DNA of 59,321 bases from a bacterium (GTDB lineage Bacteria; SAR324; XYD2-FULL-50-16): positions 607,304 to 666,624 of the forward strand of contig JAVVEA010000001.1 of assembly GCA_032250835.1 (NCBI GenBank), written 5' to 3'. A model generated the notes under the pieces. It did no database searches. It was given only the letters and a program-made list of their open reading frames with translations, and had not been told where the DNA came from. Both the position numbers and the translations under genes were made by a program. Shown in pieces: positions 51,401 through 59,321 of the stretch (its first letter is position 1; each line of letters starts with the position of its first letter).

Positions 51401-51989
51401 TCGGCGCTTTGGGTGGCCCCTCCCAGGGGAGTTGCTGGGTGGGGTCGGTGATCGAATAGTTCAACACGTTCCAGTCTTTACCGGCAGGTTCCAAAGTTTG
51501 GGGGCTCAAATACTCCAAGGCTTGCCAGAAGCGCAAAATATTCGACGGCACCGAATCTGGCCCGAATTTTTGGGTCTGAACCGGTTGAGCCTGGGGGGGC
51601 TGAGTGGCAGGGGTGGCCGGTGGAATCAGGGGCTCATATCGGGCCCGGTTTTCGAGGCATATTTCTGCGGCTCTGCGGCAGTATTCAACGGCATCTTCGC
51701 GGGCCAACACTTCGATCCGGATCCGCTCTTCCGCGCTCAGCGCTAGCTTGCCCAGCGATTTAAGGGCATATTGGCGCACCTGCGCACCTTCATTATCCAA
51801 GGCTTTGATTAGCGTGGGAACCGCTTTGCGAACTTCTTCTGGGTAACGTTCGGCCAATTTTCCCAGTGCCGATGCGGCCAACCGCTGTTCATTTTTGGTT
51901 CCATTGGACAAATAATTGATCAAAGGCTCAACGGCCGCCTCGGCTCCTGATTCGCCCAACTCGTAGGGTTTTAGTTTTTCCCAATCCAT
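48447..51989 (-). pseudogene. HEAT-repeat + SF1 (Upf1/DNA2-like) helicase interrupted by one in-frame TAA at 49122..49124
   Basis: HEAT repeats; GPPGTGKT, SSNNNAVEN, DEAGQ, GDPLQIEP; then FKVGP*WSPLRFSLQ in the same frame leading to HRRC, TIHTFQGKE and NVALTRA. Confidence 0.85.
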
Positions 51990-52044
51990 TTGGTTCAGTA
52001 GATTATTGGTTTACGGGCGTTCAATCAGTTAACGCCCTATAACT

Positions 52045-55000
52045 TTAGCTCTGGATGCTGGCTAAATGGTATTTTAAAAGTTTTATGTTTATGGCGATTG
52101 CCTCGTTGGTGCTAGACCGATGGCCTTCAAGGGCTTCTGCCGCTGCATCACCCAAAGCCAGCGACAAATGATGCTGTTCGAATTTTTGCAGCACCGTCCA
52201 GATCGCGTTTTCAGGTCGGTTGAGCCATTCGCTCCAATGCCCTGACGGATAACTAGCCACCAATTCGGGCACTATTTGAAGCAGGGTTTCCTTCATTTTG
52301 GGGGCCTCCAAAGCGGCGTCCCAGGCGGATTCCTCCAATTTCCTTTGGAGTAGGTTGGCACTAAGTATCTTCTTCAATTCTTCGGGCTGTTCTTGCGCGA
52401 TTTTATCTAGCAAGGCCTTCGCTACCGCAGGATGGCTCTGCGCCAGGGTTTCCAACTGATAAAACTCATGAACGTTAAACGCATAAATGGGCTCTTTTAG
52501 ATTCAAAACAGCTTCTAATAATATTTTAGCCCAGGGCTCATTTAAGGCGCGATTTTGTAAATTAGTCAGTGGGAAAAACCAAAGGGCCTCTTGAGCCATA
52601 AGCTTGATCAATTCAAGGTTTACATCGGGCTGCTCTTTGAAGTCTTGGATGGTTGCCAGCCCAATCGAGTACCGGATTTCATCGATAACCTTTTTCACCA
52701 ATTCTGGAATTTGACTAGGTCCTTGCGCCCAAATCGCTGCCAGCAAAAAGACCGCTTCTGTCTTTAAATCATTGAGTTTGCGGGCTTCAGCCAAACGAGC
52801 AACAAAATGCCCTTGCTGGGCAATTTGCTGTAAATCCTTGGGCACCACAGGCGGATAGTCTCCTTCAGCGCGTATCCGCAAGGAAGCCAAAAGCAGGTCC
52901 CTGGCTTTTGCTGTATCTATCTTTTCTAGCCAAGTAACCCGGTGAGAAAACTGACCTCTTAAAACTTCCCACTTCGTTGTTGCGCCGGGACTATCAACCT
53001 CCCAATTCCAGCGACGTAATATAGCGGCCATCTCAACCAGAGTGCGCGTGTCAGAGGGGCTGGGATCATCGATAGCAAACGAAAGAGTATTTTGCAGAAG
53101 CCCTTCGTATTGAAAGGAGAGTGAGCGTAATTGAGGGCTCTTTGCCAAATACGGAAGCATTTGTCCAACAAACTTGTAATACCGCAGGTTATACTTATTA
53201 AAATCGATTAGTAGTGTCGAATCCTCTGGAATTTTTTTCGGAATGGCCTGTTGCTCAAAAAGGGTATTCAACTCTTCTGGTTCAATTAGCGGCTGCAAGA
53301 CAACATAGAGACCCTCCAAGGCTTGCACAAATTGACCTGATTCGTGCGCTTCCACCCAAGTGTCCGCTTTGTAGAGTTCGTGTGCCCCAACAATCGAAGG
53401 TAAGCCCGTCAAGACCGTAAAAAGATGTTTGAGAACTGATATACGGGGGCTATCGGGAATTGGATCTAGCGCAGCACACAAGTTCTTTGCAAGCTCATCT
53501 GAAAGCTCAAAGAACTCTATCTGCACCAGTCGCCGAGCCATATGTTCCCAAATTTTCTGGGTCAACGAATTGGAGGCTCTCAAGGCCTTTAGGGCCCAGG
53601 TAGCTCGGATCAACTCCGTCCCGTCTCGTCGACCGATCTGGGCAAGGCTTCGCTCCAGGCTTTCCAAGAAAAGAGGGCGCAGTTCATTTTCCTGGATATA
53701 GTCTGCATTCCCCTGGGCCATTGCCTGTCGTACCGCAGCTCCCCATAAAACCTGCTCCGCTTTTTCCGGGTCCGTATTATAAAAGAGCGACACAATATAC
53801 CGCGGCCAATCACTAGGCAATTGGAAGGCCAGTCCTTCAGGCCATTGGAGATCACGACGCTCGCTGCCGTAGGCCCTTTCCCAAGCTTCCTCATAGAGCT
53901 TAAACAACACCAGAATCCGTAGGTCGAACTCGGGCCATTGTAGCGCCAGGGTAGCGACTTTGTTGATTAAGGCCTTGATCCAGCGGGGGGTGAGCTTTAT
54001 GGAAGGAAGATCGATTTTATCCCAGGATGGGAATGCAAGTTCTGGAGAGTTCTCGCTTGCGTCGGGTTGCTGGCTAGATTTAAGACGATCCCGCTCGAGT
54101 TGGCCCGTAAAAAGCTGACGCTCTTCGATCAAATCGAGGCTATCATCGACCCACCGCGAGTGTAGGTCTTTTCCGAAGACCTGCTGGGTTTGCCCCGCAA
54201 AATAGCCGCGCCAGTCCGAGAAGATCAAGGGGGGAACCCGAAAGATCAGGTCGAAGGTCTTCTCAATGAGGTCTTCGGCCTTTTCTGCAGAGCGTTCAAA
54301 CAACTCAGGGATGTTTTCTTCGGCAATGGGGACCAAGCTCCAAACCTTGCTAAGGCACACGGAGCGGCTGCTTTCCTGCTCAGTAGCAAAGAAATTACGC
54401 ATCTCCGCCCAAACCTTGGCGGCCTTTTCCTTGGGAAGGCGGTCCAAGTTGTCGATCACCAAAACCAATTGCTGGTTCTTGTCGCAAATGGCCTCTACAC
54501 ATTCATCAAAAATCTGGTTGTATTCGATGGTGGTGTTGGCAAGGTGGCGGGTGGTTCCCTGGGTGACCGTTTCTTCACCCTGATTCTTGATCGCATTGGC
54601 TAGGTCGACTTTCTGATTAGAAAGGACCCGATGAATAGCAAAACCCAAAACCCCCAAACCAATGATCATTCCTCCAGCTAAAAACCAATCTAGCCAGTTC
54701 GGAACGGCGGTCTGAGAAGTAGAGGATTGAATGGCGATGGCGAGTAAAAACTTAACTTCCACGCCACCCAACAAAACCAGTATAGCAGCCAACAAGGACC
54801 AGACAGGATACTCTTTGTGGGAGCGGCTCTGTGACTCCTGCCGGTCACCGCGCATGTTCTCGACATGCCGTGGGAATCTTTTGTTTTTGTCGCCGAGCTT
54901 AAACTGTTGGATCAACTCCTCTAAAAAAGCCCGCCTGACCGGGTCCCCCTGGTGGGCCCAGGTATCAAAGGTGAAGAACTTGTAATGGGTTTCTTGATCC

Positions 55001-55230
55001 TTCAATTTCGATTGCAGCAACCGAACCACCGTGGACTTGCCGCTGCCCCAGCCTCCCATTAAAGCGATAGCGCCTCCCTGCAAGCCTTTATCTTCGGTGA
55101 TCGTCACCGCAAGGGCCTGCGCCACCTTGTCATGGGCCCCGCCAAACTGATCGTCCGACTCGGGGCCATCGGTTAAAAACTGCTGAACCTTCAGCGTTGC
55201 ACTGGGTTCCAAATCGTTAGCTCCACTCAT
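52045..55230 (-). CDS. KAP-family P-loop NTPase with two TM helices and a long helical C-terminus
   Basis: GGWGSGKST, FDTWAHQGDP.RRAFLEEL, TM pair, VIDNLDRL, IEKTF and TPR motifs. Confidence 0.9.
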   Translation of the reverse strand: MSGANDLEPSATLKVQQFLTDGPESDDQFGGAHDKVAQALAVTITEDKGLQGGAIALMGGWGSGKSTVVRLLQSKLKDQETHYKFFTFDTWAHQGDPVRRAFLEELIQQFKLGDKNKRFPRHVENMRGDRQESQSRSHKEYPVWSLLAAILVLLGGVEVKFLLAIAIQSSTSQTAVPNWLDWFLAGGMIIGLGVLGFAIHRVLSNQKVDLANAIKNQGEETVTQGTTRHLANTTIEYNQIFDECVEAICDKNQQLVLVIDNLDRLPKEKAAKVWAEMRNFFATEQESSRSVCLSKVWSLVPIAEENIPELFERSAEKAEDLIEKTFDLIFRVPPLIFSDWRGYFAGQTQQVFGKDLHSRWVDDSLDLIEERQLFTGQLERDRLKSSQQPDASENSPELAFPSWDKIDLPSIKLTPRWIKALINKVATLALQWPEFDLRILVLFKLYEEAWERAYGSERRDLQWPEGLAFQLPSDWPRYIVSLFYNTDPEKAEQVLWGAAVRQAMAQGNADYIQENELRPLFLESLERSLAQIGRRDGTELIRATWALKALRASNSLTQKIWEHMARRLVQIEFFELSDELAKNLCAALDPIPDSPRISVLKHLFTVLTGLPSIVGAHELYKADTWVEAHESGQFVQALEGLYVVLQPLIEPEELNTLFEQQAIPKKIPEDSTLLIDFNKYNLRYYKFVGQMLPYLAKSPQLRSLSFQYEGLLQNTLSFAIDDPSPSDTRTLVEMAAILRRWNWEVDSPGATTKWEVLRGQFSHRVTWLEKIDTAKARDLLLASLRIRAEGDYPPVVPKDLQQIAQQGHFVARLAEARKLNDLKTEAVFLLAAIWAQGPSQIPELVKKVIDEIRYSIGLATIQDFKEQPDVNLELIKLMAQEALWFFPLTNLQNRALNEPWAKILLEAVLNLKEPIYAFNVHEFYQLETLAQSHPAVAKALLDKIAQEQPEELKKILSANLLQRKLEESAWDAALEAPKMKETLLQIVPELVASYPSGHWSEWLNRPENAIWTVLQKFEQHHLSLALGDAAAEALEGHRSSTNEAIAINIKLLKYHLASIQS

Positions 55231-55941
55231 TGGTCGAAACCCGTTAGGGTTGCCGCAGCGCTTAGCCACCCAAAAGCAAAACCCCGTTCCTGCTGCGGGT
55301 TGGATGAAATGCTTCGACAGTGGGCAATCAGGCTACAGGGCTTAATCATTACTTCGCTCAAATAACTTTCAGAAGTTGTTTAACAGCGCCGACTATACCG
55401 CGAACGCGGCGGTTCGGGCAAGGAGCTTGGGGGATTTGGCAGGTACCGGTGGCCAAAATCACCGCTATTCTTTGCCCTAGCCTGCCCGTTGGCCTAACCT
55501 ATTTCTGAGGCTGGAAAATCTTGGTTTATGAAAAACCGCTCCCTCAAGCAAATATGTACAAATAGCCCGCCATATTTGCCAAATCATCAACAGCCTATCG
55601 CTTCAATTTGAAGCAACGGAAGGCGAAGGGCCGGGCATGATAAAGGGGCGTCGTCGGGCGAAAAGCAGGAGCTTTTTGGGGGGATATAATTGGTAGGGGC
55701 CTAAAGAGCCTCGATTGAGTTCTCTTGACCCAACAGATTCCCTGGCCGCGCTGTTTCAGAGCCTAAAAACCGGAGGGTTTCTTCTGGGCTAACAGGGCAG
55801 ATTCAAGAACTAAGGGTGATTCTTAAAGCACTAAAGTTTTTGACACCGCAAAGGAGGACGAGCCTTTACGCTCCGGGGCGGGGAAGTTTGTTGGCTGGAA
55901 GTGGCAGAAGCTGTGCGCAACGTATCAAACAGGCTGGTCAA

Positions 55942-56850
55942 TCAATCATCACTGCTAGTGTCCTGTTGCACTAAATGCTGAAAGATAAACGCTTTGGTTG
56001 CGTAAAAAGGACCGGGCCAAATAATGGGCAGCATTTTCAAAATATAAAAGACGAGACCAATACCCCCCAGCAAACACAGTGCTCGAAGGCTCCACCGAAC
56101 AGCGATGAACTGGCTGAGTCGTTTATCTTGATGTTCATACAGCCGGGCAACCTCGTCAGAGGTCAAAACGCGGTCCCACAGAGAAATCTCTCCATAGATC
56201 GCTGGAAGTCCCGTTTCAGGCGCTAAGCCACGCCCAAAATACAAATTAGTCCTTGGCGAAAAGTCTTTTGTTTTTAATTGAAACTCTCCATTCAGCGTTC
56301 CATTGATGAACATTTTTGACTCTTGTGCTTCAGAGTCAATGGTTGAAACGATCGCCCAGTGGCGCTTCCATTGGTAGGGTAGGTCGTACCCGCTGCCATG
56401 AGCCAAGGAATGGTGCCAAATCGCCTTTTTCGGGTTGTGCCATAGTGAAAAGCGGGGCCTTGTTGGTGCTGCTGGGGCACCATCCCAAAATACGTTGTAA
56501 TATTGATCCACTCTCTGGTCCATCTGGGGTCGCTCAATCCAAAGAGCCACCGTCAACTGCTTCCCCTTAAATATCTTATGAAGATCTTGAAGGGCAAGGT
56601 GGTCTGATGGGCCTCCACCCAGACGAAGACCAAAGGATTCATAGTCTTGTTTGTTATGATATACCAAATTCAGTCTATTTAACGCATCTTTGACCGAGCT
56701 TCGGAGCGGATAATGAGCCAATAAACCGCCCACAAACGGAAGGTCATCGGGGACAAATATATCCGCTATTTTGGCCTCTTCTTTCACAACCCCCGCTAAC
56801 AGTAGGCTCCAAAAAAAGACCACGAAAAAGAATTTTAGGGTTTTGGGCAT
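55942..56850 (-). CDS. Membrane-anchored LamG/concanavalin-like domain protein
   Basis: LLAHYPL, LTVALWI, MFING and WDRVLTSDEVARLY motifs; N- and C-terminal hydrophobic segments. Confidence 0.75.
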   Translation of the reverse strand: MPKTLKFFFVVFFWSLLLAGVVKEEAKIADIFVPDDLPFVGGLLAHYPLRSSVKDALNRLNLVYHNKQDYESFGLRLGGGPSDHLALQDLHKIFKGKQLTVALWIERPQMDQRVDQYYNVFWDGAPAAPTRPRFSLWHNPKKAIWHHSLAHGSGYDLPYQWKRHWAIVSTIDSEAQESKMFINGTLNGEFQLKTKDFSPRTNLYFGRGLAPETGLPAIYGEISLWDRVLTSDEVARLYEHQDKRLSQFIAVRWSLRALCLLGGIGLVFYILKMLPIIWPGPFYATKAFIFQHLVQQDTSSDD

Positions 56851-58502
56851 TTTTCGAACTGTCTATTGGGATCTTGATTCAGCCAAGTTAGAAAGGGGTC
56901 TGCCTCGATTAAAACAACATCCCCGGGCGCGAAAACTTCAAAGTAGGTAAAATCCGAATATATCTTTCTCCAATCTTTACAAAGTCCCTGATAGCCAAAC
57001 TCGCTTTCAAAACAAGTACCGAATCCCTCTGGAACCGGAATTCGGAGCAGAATCTCTGGGTTGGTTTCCTTAACGTAAGCGGCTATCGGAAAAAGCACGT
57101 CACAATCGCTAAACCAAAAATGAGCAAAATGGTGCCAGCTTCTAATGACCAGAATTTTTCCAGGTAACTCCTGATTCAATTGCGACCTAGAGAAAACACG
57201 AAAACTTGAGGAGCTAACAGCGTCCTCCCCGTTGTTAGTTATCCTGTTATAGGCTTGTTGCGGCCCGGCATCAGGTTCGGGTACCACGTAAAAATGAAAA
57301 ACTGATATAGCCAGCGTTGATACAGCCAGTACATGAGGAACCAAGTACCTTCTGGCGAGCGGCTGGCTGAATAGAGCTTCCAGCCCGAAGGCGGCTAAAA
57401 AAATTAAGAACCATAAAGCTGGCGTATATACCCGACCGATCGCCGGGAGTTTGAGCACAACGATTAGCGCCCAAGATACTAAAAATATAACGGAGATCAT
57501 CCCCCCATTGCTGGCGTAAGCATTTGGGAACGTTCTTGATACATTATTTTGCAATAAATAAAATAACGAAAGCAGGATCAGAATAACAAACCCTAGGCCC
57601 AGAGCAAAATATCCATATCTAAATATGAACTCAGGCGAAAAAGGCAGTCTTCCCCCAAAGCTCTGAGCCGCTTGGCCCGCGCCAAATATATCTTTGATCG
57701 GATGAGAGGTGGCGCCGTCAAGCTCTAAGCGAATACGATAGGTCAACTCGGATAGAGCTAAGGCTGCAATCGACCCACCAGCGAAAATAGATAACTTTTT
57801 TAACTGAAGGAGACTGACTTTATAGGTAAACTTTCGCTCAGCGCTGTGAAAAAAAAGTAGCCCTCCTTGGTACAAAGCAAAACCCAAAAAAACCACAATA
57901 ATAGGAGGACTGGCAAAAATAGCGTAGCAGGCCAAAAAACCGCCTGCCAGCAGGGGCCAAGGACGATTTAGACTCCATAAATACAGCGCCAGCAAAAACC
58001 AAAAGAGCCCAGAGAGAGTATGATAGCCTATCCTCGCGTTGATATAGACATCCTGTGAAAATAGCGGAATGCCCGCAAATATCAGGGCTATAAATGGCCC
58101 TATGCCCCAACGAGTCATCAACACATAAGAGAGTATGACACTACCAACATAAAGACTCCAAACCAGAATCAGCAAAGCCCCGTCCAGATAGCTGGGGGCT
58201 ATGTATGAGAGTATTACTTTGGCAATGAAAATCTGGTACGAATAACCAGGCTTTCGAGAGGAGGTAAAGGGGGAAAATGCCAGAATTTGCTGGACCGCAT
58301 TTTCTAAGGTAGAAAAATCTCGCTTCTGCCAATCAGCTAACAAGCTCTGAGCTGGGCCGTTGTAGCTAGGCATATCACTGCTATACTCCACCGCCCCAGA
58401 GCGAAAAAAGACCTCCCCGTGATGGAAACTCCAAACCCCGATCAACAAGACTAAGATGGTGAAACACAGCACTAAGCTGAAAGACCGGCGAGAACGTACC
58501 AT
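56835..58502 (-). CDS. Polytopic membrane protein, GT-C glycosyltransferase-like
   Basis: About ten hydrophobic segments, SSD...Y loop, KPGY and RVYTP motifs reminiscent of PMT/ArnT-type enzymes. Confidence 0.55.
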   Translation of the reverse strand: MVRSRRSFSLVLCFTILVLLIGVWSFHHGEVFFRSGAVEYSSDMPSYNGPAQSLLADWQKRDFSTLENAVQQILAFSPFTSSRKPGYSYQIFIAKVILSYIAPSYLDGALLILVWSLYVGSVILSYVLMTRWGIGPFIALIFAGIPLFSQDVYINARIGYHTLSGLFWFLLALYLWSLNRPWPLLAGGFLACYAIFASPPIIVVFLGFALYQGGLLFFHSAERKFTYKVSLLQLKKLSIFAGGSIAALALSELTYRIRLELDGATSHPIKDIFGAGQAAQSFGGRLPFSPEFIFRYGYFALGLGFVILILLSLFYLLQNNVSRTFPNAYASNGGMISVIFLVSWALIVVLKLPAIGRVYTPALWFLIFLAAFGLEALFSQPLARRYLVPHVLAVSTLAISVFHFYVVPEPDAGPQQAYNRITNNGEDAVSSSSFRVFSRSQLNQELPGKILVIRSWHHFAHFWFSDCDVLFPIAAYVKETNPEILLRIPVPEGFGTCFESEFGYQGLCKDWRKIYSDFTYFEVFAPGDVVLIEADPFLTWLNQDPNRQFEKCPKP

Positions 58503-58890
58503 TAGGAGTTCAAAAGCAGTTAAAGTGGAGCAAATATTGATTTTAGGTAGCCTAGCTCAATCGATTTCGGCGCACAAGGGCATAACGTCGCTAGCAAGCC
58601 TCTGAGGGGGTTCTGTCGCTGCCTTTTGGGTTTTTAGAAAATAAGGTCTTTGCTATAATTTTTTGAAGTTTTCCATGGTTCAAGGGGAATGTTAAGCTTT
58701 AAAACCTTTGGGTTCGCCTCAGCCAGCTTAGCTGGATTCAAAAGGGTGAGAAGGATCAAAAAGTAGCCGTTAAAACCAGTGGGCCCCTTCACCCAAAATC
58801 CAGCCAGAATCTTTTATTCCCTAGAGGCCTAACCCTGACTAACCTGGGGGACCTTGGCCCCATTGCCAAGTTTGCGACTGAACCTAAAAT

Positions 58891-59321
58891 TATAGTGGAC
58901 CCACTTGTCCAGACAACTTTTTGATTAGACGATCTTCCTGATCTTTTTTTCTAAGCAATCTTCAGTCTTCCTTTTTGATAGACCTCCATCGGTTTGCGAT
59001 ACTTCAAAGCCGAGTGGAACCGATTGTGGTTGTAGAAGTCCATATAGCGCCCGATTCCAGCCCGTAGCTGGCCAACGTTTTGATATTCGTTGATGTAGAT
59101 TTCATCGTACTTGAGCGTCCTGAAGAACCGTTCGATGGCTATGTTGTCGATAGAGCGGCGTTTTCCATTCATGGAGATCCGAATCCCCCGGTCCTTGAGT
59201 ATCTGGGTATGTTCCAGGCTGGTGTACTGTGAGCCTTGATCAGAGTTGAAGATTTCCGGCCTTCCGTAGCATTCGAGGGCGTCTTTTAAGACGTCAGTCG
59301 CTAAAGCGGTGTCCATGCTGG
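58891..59321 (-). mobile_element. IS3-family element, right end (truncated by window)
   Basis: Transposase C-terminus plus a probable terminal IR beginning near 58891 (TATAGTGGACCCACTTGTCCAGAC). Confidence 0.85.
58951..59321 (-). CDS. IS3-family transposase, C-terminal integrase core (partial)
   Basis: IFNSDQGSQYTS, DNIAIERFFRTLKY and YNHNRFHSAL motifs. Confidence 0.95.
   Translation of the reverse strand, partial: SMDTALATDVLKDALECYGRPEIFNSDQGSQYTSLEHTQILKDRGIRISMNGKRRSIDNIAIERFFRTLKYDEIYINEYQNVGQLRAGIGRYMDFYNHNRFHSALKYRKPMEVYQKGRLKIA

Noticed and set aside
55548-55579. Inverted repeat GCAAATATG-N14-CATATTTGC as a regulator site
   Set aside because: Single occurrence and no cognate regulator; insufficient evidence.
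15000-58400. Numerous short antisense or nested ORFs in the track
   Set aside because: They are shadows of long, motif-supported genes in GC-rich DNA.

Overview
Bacterial chromosomal window with about 55% GC by eye. Taxonomy cannot be read directly; the gene style suggests a deltaproteobacteria/SAR324-like organism (inference only). Four blocks. (1) 1-14.6 kb: a minus-strand, apparently intact siphovirus-type morphogenesis operon (terS, terL, portal, scaffold, P22-like capsid, head-tail proteins, tail tube, G/GT chaperone with a -1 slippery site). No integrase, repressor or replication genes lie upstream. The operon is headed by an IS1595-like zinc-ribbon/HTH protein lacking a DDE domain, carries two copies of an identical 18-bp promoter motif, and has a (GGGTGAGA)10 tract upstream. 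This is a gene-transfer-agent-like or domesticated-prophage candidate. Where the tape measure gene should start there are decayed duplicates of a tape-measure-like 5' end, opposite-strand paralogous genes and repeated operator-like motifs. (2) 15-38 kb: host signalling genes (MCP, 2620-aa hybrid kinase operon, SPFH/NfeD, SBP plus kinase) and a GNAT-deacetylase fusion. (3) 38-55 kb: a defence island with a fused ABC-ATPase/DUF4435 (PARIS-like) gene, a SIR2-like remnant, a Shango system bounded by a 14-bp direct repeat, and a KAP NTPase / HEAT-SF1 helicase (one in-frame stop) / RecQ operon. (4) 56-59 kb: a membrane glycosyltransferase-like gene, a LamG gene and the end of an IS3 element. No rRNA, tRNA or CRISPR array was recognised. 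All family assignments are from recalled motifs, not database searches.
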